A stretch of 64,000 bases of DNA from Balanoglossus misakiensis (Eukaryota; Animalia; Hemichordata), in assembly GCA_040954595.2 (NCBI GenBank), contig CM082578.2, positions 6,805,519 through 6,869,518 on the forward strand. The letters run 5' to 3'. Each line of letters starts with the position of its first letter. Position 1 is the first letter of the stretch. Shown in pieces: positions 13,302 through 26,443 of the stretch. A program made the position numbers and the translations under genes. A model generated the notes under the pieces. It was given only the letters and a program-made list of their open reading frames with translations. It did not search any database and had not been told where the DNA came from.

Positions 13302-14877
13302 GTTGGAGACTTAGGTAATACGCCTCTAATAAAATTATATCCTTGTGACTTGTCTAATGATGAAATCACGTCGATTCGTTTTGTGATAGGTCTTTCACTT
13401 CCGCCAAGACAAGATCACATCTCTCTTTTCTTCCAAATCCGTAGTTTAGAACCACAAAATATAATGCTCCTAACTAAATCTGTTCTGGCCCGCTGTTTTT
13501 TTTTAAAAGAATAAATTTTCATTTGTTCTGTATTCCAAGATTGTCGCGTCAGTCTGATGAAATTTCGCAAGTCTGTAGGTGGCGTGTGAGTCACACGTCA
13601 ACCATGTCAACAGAAAGATTCGCCGCTTGGGGGCGCTCTTTGTGATAACTCTCCAGGGCCAGGTGTGAGGTGAGTACCATTTTCTTTCGCACACATCATA
13701 CAAATGTACTTCGATCTTCGTCCGTCTAAATTATTGCTGATATGACTGTGGGTGTTTAAGTGGAATGTTACCCAAAATGTGGGATTTCAGAGAAGAGTTA
13801 CAGTGTCAATTTTACAGAAACACAAAAGCGTTTTTAGTGATTCTTGAGACGACCAAGAGACCCGAAACTACAATCCAAGTCCTACTTTATTTACAAAGTC
13901 AAACAACTTCCACAACTCGCCAACAGTGTGAGGAAAAAATAACCTCCAAACGAAACACATCTCCGGAATATTTTTTTACAATTCCAAATGGCAAAAATTT
14001 ACACTGTTTTTTAAAGTTTATTCAAATTCTTCTCCTCATTTTATATTACAGAAATTGAACTTACCGGTACTTCTAACTAGCAGATATGAAACTTTCTCCT
14101 TCTTTCAAATACAACACAAGTCTATTGATTACAGAACAGTTTACAAGGCAGTGTTTATAAAAAAATTTACAAAGCAAAATTGTGATAACTAAAATATCTA
14201 GTATCGCAGTGACAGTACACAGTAAAAAAATAACAATTGACCATTTCGCTCTCTTTTTGTTTTGGTTTCCCACTAGAGAAACAATTTCCGGTCCCAACAA
14301 GGTTCCATCCTTGCTATGCATTTTGTATAAAAAAAAACACGATTTTTCCCAATGTAACTTTGACATCTCAAATTCAGTAACATTACATACAACATGGTTT
14401 AAAGGTTTGTAAGAATGTTTTTTCTCTTCAAAATAAACACTCACAATGTATTTTTGAAGATTATTATTTTGTTGTTTCGCTGGCCAGGACAATGTACAGC
14501 AGTCACAAGTGTGAAGGAATATTACAATCTTCGCCTGTAATTATGACAAGTGTGACAGACAATAAAGAATCGTTAAAACTGTGCACGCATAATTAATTCA
14601 GTAAATGGAATTTCTGCAGTTTAAAATATTTTAAAATATGTCATGTTTGAGCCAGTAGTCTCCCTTTTACATTCATCACATTGATGGACGTACATTATTA
14701 AAAAATATATTCTCTGAAATTATTTGACCGTGTTGAATATCAGATGCAAAATTATTACAGAACATGAAAACATCTGTATGGTCTACTATAAAACAGCTAT
14801 TTCATCCAGATTGTTAAATAAATACATCAGGTACCTACAGAAATCAAAGAGGGGGGAAAAATCTGTTTGGGAAACTC

Positions 14878-17800
14878 CTACTGGGCTTGCTCCAACGTGA
14901 CGACTTCAACCGCGTGCGTGGCTACGGGCACGTCCGAGTGGTCCATGTCGCTGGCCTGCGTGGAGTTGGGCACCATGGCAACCTGCGGGATGGTTTCGGG
15001 CCTCTGCTGCTGTTCCTGCTGCTGCTGCTCGTGGTGCGCTTGCTGGTGCGTGACCTGCTGCTGGTTCTGTTGCTGGTGGTGGGCTTGGTGTTGCTGCTGC
15101 TGGTGGTGGTGCTGCGACGAGTTGGCGATGCTGGTGACAACCGTCTGGTACATGGACACTGGGATGGTGACCATGCCACCTGGAAGGTCAAAAGAGAGAA
15201 ACACGAAAGATTGGATGAGAACGGCAAGTCAGGAAATCGGCGACGGTAAATACCTGCTTAAAACCGAACAGTGTCTAATCGGGAAACCTGTCTAGTATAC
15301 CCAACACACTTTCTAGTTCCTGCGCAAGAAACCACGTTACAGGAAGCTCTATTAACCAGACATCTCTATAATCCAGTAGTTTTGGTGTCCGGTATTGACA
15401 GGTTTTACTGTAATATATAATATAATGATTAATTTGTGGCGCAAATATTGGCCCTTTTTGATCCTTTTTCACAATGTAAGGTCAAGAAACTGATCAGTCA
15501 AACTGTTCTCAGAGAAATTAAAAGGTAATTTCCGCAACTCCATTTTTTTTGCAGAGAACATTACGAATTTATTTCAACATAACTGACGGGCATAAAAATG
15601 TTGCCATGACAACTAGAAAGGAATCAGTGTCATGCAGTTGATTTCATACTGATGATAAAATCATTCGGTGAAAGTTGATAAGATATCTCCTCCATGCATA
15701 AACCTTAATAATTCGTGTACTTTGGAGTTTATGGAATTCCCCCCCACCCGCAAGCAAACGCTCAACTTTCAGACTTTGGCAACACTGTGTGTAAGTGTAC
15801 ATACCTTGTGATGTTGCATCATGCACACCAGCTAATGCACCGACTGCAGCCGCAGCGTCCCCGGACAGCATGATGTGGCCGCCTTCCGACAGCGTGGCCT
15901 CGGCCAGGGTCGCCACTGCTTCGGCCGCTGCGGCGCTGTTGATGTCCACCGACACGGGAGTGGCCTGCGGTGCTTGCGGCAGAGCGACTTCGCTCTGCGT
16001 GGCGGCGGCAACCTCTGCCAGTGTGGCTACGGCCTGTGTTGCTTCTGCTTGCGAGTTACTGTTGTGCTGTTAGAAAAGGGAAATTTGAAAATAAAATCAA
16101 TTACACGAAAAGTTATACTAATTTCTGGAAATGTATACAGTATGTGGAGTCCCAATACAGCTGATGCGTACATGCATTCGTGTTTATTTTTATGTGTGCG
16201 CGCCTGGGTGCCTACATAATGAGTGACTGGTGTTCGCAGTTTGATTGGATGCCAGTTCATTTGCATAATTTTGTAACATTTTTACTCTTGGATCTGTTTG
16301 ATTTCACACTAGCCAGCTCTTCACTCCTCAAAATTTAATGACGGGTAACATGGTTATACACAAAATATGGCCAACTATGGATTTGGGCCTTTTATACTAG
16401 ACTACACTGTACCCTCATCCATATGTGGCCGTATTTTGTGAATAACCCTTTCCTACAAATGCTGATGTAATGCTGCTGGATTTTTGGCAGACTTGATAAA
16501 TCCATACACATCATACTTTGTGTGTCAATGAGAAATAAGACAAAGCGTTGATTTCATTCTAACATGCAACCCGACACAATTGCAGGAAAATATTAAAAAC
16601 TCCTTCAGCCAAAACTGAGAGAAAGGCCTTACATGTATATGTACCTGGTGTGCAATGGCCACGTCTGCCGTCAGAGTAGCCACGGAGGTGCCGGGGTCCA
16701 CCTGTATAAGCGACACTGTTCCGTCTGGATTGTTGATGGTCTGAAGGACTGTGTGTGGCTGCACTATGTGCTGTGTGGTGTGCTGTTGCTGTGGTTGCGA
16801 TTCGTCGCTGAACTCTATCAGTAAGTCTTCCCGCCCGTGGTGCTTGTAGCAATTTTTGACGATGGTCCGGAGTGCGTGTGTCCATGATACCTGGGGGGAG
16901 AAGCGAAAATAGAATTCATACATGTTTAACACAACCAACATAAGATTATTGCACACACACAGTGCAAATACATAATCTGGTTTTCTGTACATGATCATTT
17001 ACATTTATACTGTGAAAAGTATCTATTTTATTAATCACACCATCAATCATTATTCTGCATGCCATCCACATGAAATACAATTTTAAATGCGCATTCTTAA
17101 CCTCTTTACTTTACCCCATTTCTGACTTTAGAGGTCCAACTTTACTATGGAAAACAATGGCTTTGGATCAAACAATGGTGGTGAAAGGGTCAAAGTTGCT
17201 GAATATCCAAGCATAAGTTTAACCGACCGAATGGGGCCTAAGTGATTACTCTGCAAAGATTACCTTCTGTTTCTGATCTTCGCTCCTTGCGTCACTGCGA
17301 ACATTGGCCCAGGGCAGATCCGACGGCCACCAAACGGGCCTACACGACTCCTTCCCCCATCCGGGCTTGCCCCTACCAGTAGAGTACTTCAACATCATCG
17401 GTATGAACGCCCTGAGCTGCGCCTGTGTCATCTTGTCGACCGGGGTCGGGATGCCGTCGATGACGAGTGGGGGCAGCTCGTGGAGGTTGGAGTTTTCCGG
17501 TGGTGGCGCTGGAGCTTGCTGTGCCAGTGCGTTCTCTAGTTCCGACATTATTACGTTGCGACAGTTGCGAACCTGTAAAAAGAAGGTGATTTTTTAAAGA
17601 TGACATTGACTGGTTCTATCACTAATATACTGCATTGTCTCAGCAGATAACAAACAAGATAACTCTCATCTGGCAGAAATGAAAAACCCTTAGGGAATTT
17701 TTAAATACAAAATTTCGGGAAGGAGTTTGACAGTGCTGGAGTTCCGCTGGTCCAGCCTGTACTACAGGCCTTGCCCTGTATGTCTATGGCTGGTCCTTTC

Positions 17801-18828
17801 CTGCCTCTTCACATCATCAACCGACACCCCGACTAGACTCCCGAATGCATGCCACTAAAATTGGGAGACACGACACGATTTTCCCAGGGTATTCCCCCAC
17901 TCACCACATTCTCAAGGGGAGCAGCTCCAAAGACTTTGAAAGAAGAATTCGGCTTGCCCGGCGAACACACAATAACACAGGCTTGCTGTCCAACTCGTGT
18001 TGTGTATTCATCTATGGTGGCCTTCAGTTTTCTGAAAATGAAAAACAGACAATGGTAAAGACATGAGCAACCATCATGGCAATTCCAGAAAACAAACAGC
18101 GTGGAATTGAAAGCTGGGCTATTTGTCATGATTCAAAACAAGACTGCCACTGACCTTAGCAACCTTGTCTGTTGCCTTTTTCTGATTGATGGGTTGGTTT
18201 CAAAGGAATGCGGCCTCTTCCTCTTTTTGCCTGTTGCTATGGCAGCAGCGGCAGCAACTCCGATTGGACCTGAGGATGAAATGAAGGAACTGCCGGATCA
18301 AACAACCTCCTCAAACCACCGTGGTTTGGTCCTTACCCATTGTTTTTATGGAAAGGTTGGATCTCTAAAGAGGGAACTGGGGGTGAAAGGGTTACATTTT
18401 TGGGGTTACAAAAAGCTGAACAAGTTGTTTGACCATTACCACTCTGCAGAATTCTGACTGACATCAGTCACAAATTATTTTGAGCATACGTGCATGTGTG
18501 ATATGTCAAACAGAACAAAAGTCTGAAACAATATCTGGAACAGTGAAAATTTCAAATTTGCCTCGTTTTTGCCTCTGATTGGACGGTTATGAAATCACTG
18601 ATTATGCACAGGCACAACACATCAGCAATAATGTACCAAGAACCAGCTCTTTATTATTTCTCTGCATTGACTGAAGATATATAACGTGTACTGTAAATCC
18701 ATACCTGCAGCAGCTAATTGCATAGTGACATCATCATGAGCGCTGTTCAGGAGATCTGCATCATCAAACGGTGTGCTCTCTGGTGAGGAAGGCTCACTGA
18801 TGTCATCTGACATCATTATGGTCGTCAT
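14878..18828 (-). CDS. NRF1: Nuclear respiratory factor 1 (NRF1 / P3A2 / erect wing family), 7 coding exons, ~494 aa
   Basis: Exons 18828-18705, 18269-18155, 18031-17905, 17572-17264, 16890-16645, 16066-15805, 15179-14878; all GT-AG with matching phases, total 1485 nt. Family motifs: GPIGVAAAAAIATGKKRKRPHSFETNPSIRKRQQTRLLRKLK, LPPLVIDGIPTPVDKMTQAQLRAFIP, GRGKPGWGKESCRPVWWP, VSWTHALRTIVKNCYKHHGREDLL, IPVSMYQTVV, C-terminal AVEVVTLEQ. AATAAA on minus strand at 13886-13891. Confidence 0.97.
16352..16447. mobile_element. Small degenerate MITE-like inverted repeat in an NRF1 intron
   Basis: GGTTATACACAAAATATGGCCAACTATGGAT pairs imperfectly with ATCCATATGTGGCCGTATTTTGTGAATAACC. TSD unclear. Confidence 0.5.
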
Positions 18829-19083
18829 TTTTTATAATGTCCTTTTGGAAACAAAAAATGGAAGATAAGAACGCTTGTTTCAAACTATTTGATTATGCCC
18901 GCATCAGGAACCATTTCATTTACTCTTGCTACCAATATTTCAAGAGAATAACGCATTTTCAATTTGTGGACTTCCTACTTTGTGCACGTTGGTTCTCAGA
19001 GACTGTACATGTGGTGTGTACATGTATTACTAGTCTTGCTCCAAGACTGTGTGATACTGAAAATGAAATGCGCGTCTGCGTTA

Positions 19084-19243
19084 CGTATAGAACGTCCTGT
19101 GGACGCGACGCTAATCACACAGTCTTGCCGATTCTGTAAACGCCCTCAAGTGGTTTTACCAGATTTTGGTAAGTAGCGGAGAACATTCGAACCTCATATG
19201 TCTGTCAATCAAATTAGCGTCGTGTCAACATGAGTTCTATACG
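19084..19243. mobile_element. Degenerate MITE-like inverted repeat upstream of the first NRF1 coding exon
   Basis: CGTATAGAACGTCCTGTGGACGCGACGCTAAT (19084-19115) is an imperfect inverted repeat of ATTAGCGTCGTGTCAACATGAGTTCTATACG (19213-19243). Confidence 0.45.
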
Positions 19244-20639
19244 CGTACATACCAGGTACAGAATACGCATTTTTGGGCGTTATCGCGAGCTTTGTGCGGT
19301 TCTAGATGTTCTACATGCAAATTAACGCCGCTCATGAATATTCATATCAAATATATGTGTGCAGAAACGTACAGTCGCTTTGCCTGGCGGCGCGTCGTAC
19401 GAAAGTTCCATTCCTTATCGACAGGCACAGCGACTGCCATAGAGTCTAATGTATTACTTGTGCAACATAATTCCCAGAATACGCAATTATATTATTGCAC
19501 TATTTATACATTTCCACAACAATGGACCCCAAACAATAATTCTGCAGGATGACAGCGCAGAACAGTTTGATTAAATCCCACCCCTGCTCCAAGAAATACT
19601 TGGCCTCCAACCAGCCCTGTACACTATCAGCTGTATCCCTTTTGCTTTTGTTAACCCAAAAATACCACGGCACCAAATCTTATTTTGGATATACGTTTTT
19701 TTTGTGACGTGTCATATGTCTGATATTTATGGTAAAGAGTAACAGTTTTTGTAAAAGAAACATCTTATACCCACTCGTTTCTTTTTAGGGTACACTGGAA
19801 ATGATTGTTTCTCATGGCCATCATGTTCTATTTTTTGGTTTGGGGATATTCAAACAATGGAAAATATTCAGAAAATATACATCTCATGCAGCATTTTATT
19901 GTTTTCCATTTGGCTAATGGTACCATAGTCTGTATGGTGGGCCGGTTGCAGTTATTTTGTATACATGTAACATGTTCATACAGGCCTAACAATTGACCGT
20001 TTGAATACAAACGTGGGTCGAATCATACAGAAGATATTGGGCGGGAATATGGTAACGAATCCCTGTGGCTAGGCTGCCCGTTATTACTTTACTGCATAAC
20101 GCGAATTTACCGGCTACGCAGTCATTTTTGGGCTTCTGATCATCTTTGCTCAACACCACCATGCGTGTCTTTGATACATGACCACTGCATGTAGCCGGCC
20201 GCGAGCGCCAAAGAATGACCCGCCAAAAGACATAAACGCGAAATTCCTCGTAGCGTTAGCAAAGCACATATCCGCCATCGCCATTGCTGTCGAACACAAG
20301 TGACGACAACTATGGATTTCAACGACCATGGGAAAGGGAAAATTGCACTTTTTTCGAATTAAAGATTCAAACAAAAGAGAGGGATCTACGCAGTCGTGGT
20401 CCGAGATGTTCTCAAATGATTTACAGAATCGTGAATAGAGTTTTGGTTCCGCGACTGCGTGGTACACGACGTTCACAAGGACATCAGTCGACATGCGTGG
20501 AACAACAACTCAGATCCCAGCTCGGACGGTTGACAAGTTGGGTAGTCCACGTCTGTCTGGACTTTCAGTGTTTTTTTCAGTCGCTAGCCGCGGTATTTAC
20601 GAGCAGGGGCCTTGATATTCGCTGTTGCGTTTAAGGTAC

Positions 20640-21000
20640 ACTCTTTTTACAGTCCAATTTTGACGCGGCGGTCCGGATTTGGGGGAAAATAACGCAGTTT
20701 TCTACGCTCACAATCGGTACTCGATTTCGGCGGTATTTGCGACTGCGCGAACATGGCGGCCATCACGACCACAAGCACGACTTTACCGGCGTTCGTCACA
20801 ACACCGATTTACGCAGAACTACCGAGGGGATTTCATTGTCATCGCGGTAGGAGTGAAAGGGATTAATATAAGCACGGAAGACTTCGGTATGAGGAGATTT
20901 CACAGAACAGTTGACGAGAAAAGTGACAACCAATGTTGAACATTTGACAGAAGAGGGTAAAAATCGCGATTGCGACTGCGCGGACAACAAAGAACACAGG
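20640..21000 (-). promoter_or_regulatory. Probable NRF1 promoter (CpG-rich, YY1 motif, two NRF1-like sites)
   Basis: CpG-dense. AACATGGCGGCC (YY1 consensus) at 20750-20761; TGCGACTGCGCG at 20738-20749 and 20971-20982. The first coding exon begins at an acceptor (18841), so a non-coding upstream exon is required. TSS is inferred, not observed. Confidence 0.45.
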
Positions 21001-24000
21001 AGAGTGTGTCTCGAAGAAATTGCTGCAAATTTCACGAGCTTGTCGCAAAAATGTTATTCTCGGGACAAAATATAAAGGAGTTATTGGCCAAACCCTTAGG
21101 GTAGTTTAGATTTCGTAATACTCACGTATAGATAGGTTGATTTCACTCCAAAGTTGGCTCTAAATTGTAAACTGAATGCGCGGGAGCTGTTTCAAACACA
21201 ACCACTTCTGAGCACGCCAATGAATATGGGCTTAGAGGGGGGATCGTACTATTGAGAATGGTCGGCGTTCGGGTAGGGAGAATTAATCAGTATCAACACA
21301 GCTGGTACTTTGCTGTACGAGCCTTTTCTGTACGTTTTGAAACCAAACTGACTCAAAATGTTTAAACATACAATCCACGATCTCACTGTGAAGGATGTGC
21401 CGGTTACTATATAAACTAATAAGGTAAATGTCTTCGAAATTAGGGTAGTGGCGAGGATTGCACGAGTACGTAAACGAAAGCAGTACATTGTATGCAGTGC
21501 TGAATATATGAATAGTCAATATAGATCAGTGATAGTGCGGCCGCCCACCATGCATGCACCACCCATACCACAGAGAAATAGTAGAATACTAGTGTTGTTG
21601 TCAGAAAAGTACTAGTTTCAAGTTTGTGTGTTGAAATATTCGAAGGGGAATAGCTATTTTCGGGCTAACACATGCTGTGCAAGAATTGATATTTAGAATA
21701 TGAGAATAAATATTTCTATTTCTACCTCCATGATTAGGCCCTAGTAGGCCTATTATTATTATGCTGCTGCTAGTATGACTAAGATCAATTTCCACAAGGT
21801 CGACTTATTGACAATGCATAATAAAATATATAAAAAACGCAATACAATTACAAATAAAAAAGAAGTCTTGGCTTGGAGAGATTTAAAAAAAAGAAGGCTA
21901 CAAGACTACAATAACATATAATGGTAAACCAAACAGGCCCACACAATTATAAAATCTGCGAAATTCAGATTGCAATATTAGTAACAGTGTGTCTTTTTTT
22001 ATAATTTGAAAATGGATTTTAAGGTAGCCCGTGACATTTCCTAGACGATCAGATGCTCCTTGTATTCCGCGACGCTTGACTGGACTGAAAGATCCAGACG
22101 TGTGAGGGCGCCAGAACGCCCGCACACGACTGAATCTTTCAGTCTGGACCACCTGTTGATTAGCTACAAACAGACATCTTATGACTTCTTGAATCTGTGT
22201 ACGTGTCTTCTGTTTTGTCGCACATTCCAATCATATGGGTGTAGATGGTCGTTACTCCCTTTTCCTGTTTCAGCCATTGCTCACGGTCCAGCCTCAGTCT
22301 CTCTGCTTGTGTCGGGCTGTCTGATCTCACTGTCCCTTCGCTCGTCGTCCGTCTTAGTACTAGTTTGCAACTTCTCTGAAAGACCATTAACAGTGCCGCA
22401 AATCACGAACAAAAGGCAAAGCATGGAACGACTGCAGCTGAACAGTATCTATATAACCAGTAACAAAAACCGTTGCACGCGTTAGCGTGATCCTTGTGAC
22501 ATGTTTTATCGGTAAAAGTAACGTACACAGAAGGCGCGATGGAGGGAGGGAGAGACTGGTGGGGTCGGAATAACGAAGGAATACGACAAAGAACGAATCC
22601 AAAACATATACAAAAAAAAAAACGATAAAAATATTCTGTTGTCCATATCAAAATATCAATATATTGTTTAATTTCCAATTGATGGCTTGAAATATTTCAA
22701 CATTTCATGATCATCTTGTACGGCAAAATATAGGTGATTCCCCTTCATACACACAATAAAAACTTCTATAAGTATACAAAGCTAAATGTTTCTATCGTGT
22801 GTACATAACACACAGACATTATTGTTGATTACAGTCGACCTCTGTACAGTTGTGAGTTCTGGCCATCGTCGAGTCGCCCACCACAAGTGATTTGGAGGAA
22901 GCAAATCGACTTAAAAAGGAGTAAAAACATTCCATAGACTGCAAATGACTTTATTCGGTCGAGTGGTAGCTGTTGATTATGTGTGATTAACACGGTGGCC
23001 AAGTTAATGTCATGTCACCCACTGGATTAAACCAAAACCTATAATGAATGTATGGCAGTAATGATGCTAATTATTTCCCCTTTCCTGAAAATTCGCGCCA
23101 AGTCAAAAGGTCTGATTTCAAAATTAACGTCAGGCCGCACTGAGTATGGATTCTTTAATTGCAATACTCAAACAGCTACATGAATTCTCGGTGAGTTTGT
23201 AAAGCAGGAAGACTCTGTTTAGTCAAATGACCATTCAAGACATCCCAACTTATATCTGCCCGTATGCATCGCGACATAAATCGTAGTCATCACCAATGGG
23301 CGACAAGAGGAAGGCCACACATAATGCGACTGCGCTATTACGAGCAGATTGGCATTTTCGTTGTTCCGATTTCCAGCCGTCTGCGATAGATGGGCGCGTA
23401 GGCCTAATATCGCTTTTGCTCACAACCGTGCTGATAAGTTATAGTACACACGCGTCACCGCATAAATGGTTCCTGTACAGGAAAACGGCTGTGCGCCATG
23501 CTAGTGTCTTGAGACATATCGCTTTGCCCGTATAGGCGACGTCCCCTCATATTATAACTTGGGCATGTTCACACGTCTACACTGTTCCGGTTTGGGAGCT
23601 CCAATGAACGTGGAGACAAACTTTCTGCTGTCAATGTTCTCCCTGCAGTCTCCAGTATAAACTTTTGTTATTAACAATGATGATGATAGGTGACGCTGAT
23701 CTGACATGATCTATAACTGTACCTTATATACCTACTACCCAATCGTCACTGATCAAACATTTCAGTAACATTTTAGTTTGCCGCTTTTCAGTCGCCTTTC
23801 AAAAAAAGGTAAAAGTTGTAACAAAATTGAAATTTATTAACTTAACATTCCATAGATACCATGAATCAAATCAATGACATTTTGATTCAAAAATTTGCAT
23901 CAATGATTGTTGAAAATATATCCATTTGTCGGCATACTACAAAAAAACACTAAATTTTAAAAGGCTAAAAAATAATCTCCATTTTCTTTGGAGAAAGTCT

Positions 24001-24063
24001 AAGAAACGAGATATATGTCAACAGTTTGTAGGAATGATATCGTGACGTCAGACTATGACGTCA

Positions 24064-26443
24064 TCACTTCTTTTTCTTCTTGCCTTTCTTGCCCTTTTTC
24101 TTCTTAGGGGCACCTGCCCAGCCGAAACCCCTGGCTTCTAGAAGGTCCACGGCGTTGTGACATATATAATATGCATTAGTCATTGCGTCGGGGCTCATAA
24201 TGTCAACCGGTTTCTTGGCCGGTTTTGGCGAGGACGACTTGGCGCTCTTTTTTCTTCCCTTTCCCTTCTTTTTGCCGCTGGGACTCCGGCTCCGTGATTT
24301 TCTCTCCCGCGGCAGCGCCTTGGCGCTCTTCGAGTATCCCCTTTTCCCCGGCTGCGAGAGAGAGAAAAAAAAACATGATTCAACAATTATGTGAGTACAC
24401 TATGAACATGATGGGAGCCATGTACATATATACACGGCCTAAATTTCGCACAGTGTAATGTGACGTCACAGTACAGTACAAACCAGAGGGTCGGAGTATC
24501 TTAGGTTATACCTGAAACCCTTGGTCTATACTTACATCGTCGGTCGGTTTAGACCTGCACTTCTTTCGTTTCATCGTCACATTCAACGGTAAGATTCTCT
24601 CGGTCACACAGAGAAACGCGTCTAGCCTGTCATAGTTGACTTCACGCTGTGACACAACCTGTCCCTGACCAAGTATTATAATTCCGCGGTCGAAATAGCG
24701 ACGTATCCACCGCAACGTAGCGTTGGAGGAACGTTGTTACACGAGGGAAGATTTACAACTAATTTCGACCCACTGTCCAGCTCGGCACATGTGGTTCTAT
24801 TTCCTCTCGCTTTAAATGAAAATCCGTCAAAATTGGGCGATTTTAGTTTGCTTTGCAGCTGTACTCATCCACTAATCTGAATCGACTAGAAATAGTGACC
24901 ATAAAACTCCCGATGTTTCAGCTGCCAGGTAAATGAGCCTAGCTTCAAGAAGTTGTCTTGTGAGAATCGTCAATCCACCTGAAGCACATTACATATCCGG
25001 TGGACAAGTTTGTATTAAAATGCGTAAGACAGAAATTGTCTTTTATATGGAATGTCGTCCATCAGTTCGAACATCTGCCAGCTGAGTGCAAGGGGCGTGG
25101 GAAGTTTTTTTCTTAGGGATTATGTTCGTAGCCTGGCTCAGGACAAGTCAACCCGGTGTAAACAAACTTAAGGCGCTGTAACTCGGACGTGTCTAAACTA
25201 CAATGGATAAAACTGTTGTGTGGAGCTGTTTGTCAAGTTTCACGCCCAGCACCTGGGTCGGTCACACGTGACCCTTCTCAGATTTATGACTGCTGTGTGG
25301 AGGGACCGTGATATGACTACCGTAACGATTTATTCCAGGACAAGCGTTGCACGGAAACGACTGGGGGCGTGCGGGATTGGCACAGGTCATCCAGTTCAAA
25401 GTTATGTCGGTTGAACGGGTTCAATAACTGTTCCACCAATGTGAGACCGGGAAATACACCGGGTTCGTTGAATCTGGAGGTTATCCGTGCGCGACCACGC
25501 TTCTGGGTTTGTGCAAAGCGTTATATAAACTTCCGAAGTCGATGAAACGTTTTGTGACCAAAACTTTGAAACGGTATATTTTTGCAGGCATGACACTAAA
25601 TTTCATCGTATTACAACTGTGTATAGGCCAGCATAGACAGTGTGCACACTAAACCGTATATTCCTTATGTATTGCGGCGTTTCTGTGCTTTTAAGCACTC
25701 AAGTTGAATTCCATCAGTAACCTAACATGTGAAGTAGTCCCCGACCATGTTTTGTCCGAAAGGACCCTCTAAAATCAATGTGAGCCAAGGTATGTGTGGT
25801 TTCCGTCTTCTCCCGATGAATCAAATACGTATCTCCTCTCAGTTGTCAACAAGAGAATTCTTGTCCGCTATCTCAACACAAGGCGGAATGCATGATTGCA
25901 CTTCAAACACAGAAGCCCCGACAATGCTTCCTTGTTGTACCCGGAGACGCGGATAGACCAAACCAACAGCACTTGATGGCCTTTTCAATTACATGGCAAA
26001 TACAATGTCCATGACATTCTTGTAGATGCGGGGTCTGGTCTAATCCATTTCAATCGGTCACAAGAACAAAAGAGACCCAGCCTTCAGTATATTTTCGCCG
26101 TTGTTCGCACGGCTGATAGGGAAAACCATGGTTACCAAAAGGCATTGGGACCGTCAGGGAATGACCCGAACAAGTACTGAAGCATGGTGGCTCACTGATT
26201 CTTTCAATAATGGCATCGTGTTATACGGTACCTTTATTTGTAAGTTTCTAGTATTCGCAATATCGCCTATCCGCATTCAGCGTGTTTTATTCGGGTCCAT
26301 TTTCGCTCCCATCGAATCAATTCCGCGTTGGTTACGAGTCAGATGTGGCTATCGACCAACGTAGGAACGACTAGCTCATTTATTTCGGGTGTTGTACATT
26401 TAGAAGTTAAACCAACTTTAATAATCTTAATCAAACTTACCAT
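24064..26443 (-). CDS. SMKR1: Small lysine-rich protein 1 ortholog, ~96 aa; start codon alone at the end of the upstream exon
   Basis: Exon 24351-24064 follows a polypyrimidine-CGCAG acceptor and encodes [95 protein letters not shown]. The core matches human SMKR1 as recalled ([36 protein letters not shown]). A candidate ATG|GTAAGT at 26443-26441 gives a phase-0 join (MPGKRG). AATAAA on minus at 23833-23838. Confidence 0.88.

Noticed and set aside
1-14000. miR-183/96/182 cluster, which follows NRF1 in vertebrates
   Set aside because: I scanned both strands by eye for TGGCAC/TGGCAA seeds with mature-like tails and found none. The closest match (GGGCACTGGAAAATT near 2825) lacks the exact seed and a proper precursor hairpin. 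The cluster could lie outside the window.
14867-15295. Cys/Trp-rich (metallothionein-like) and Leu/Val-rich plus-strand ORFs
   Set aside because: Antisense shadows of the Gln/His-rich last NRF1 exon.
24195-24458. ORF-track calls 24195-24386 (-), 24200-24394 (+) and 24225-24458 (+)
   Set aside because: Wrong frame or strand; the conserved frame is the SMKR1 exon 24351-24064.
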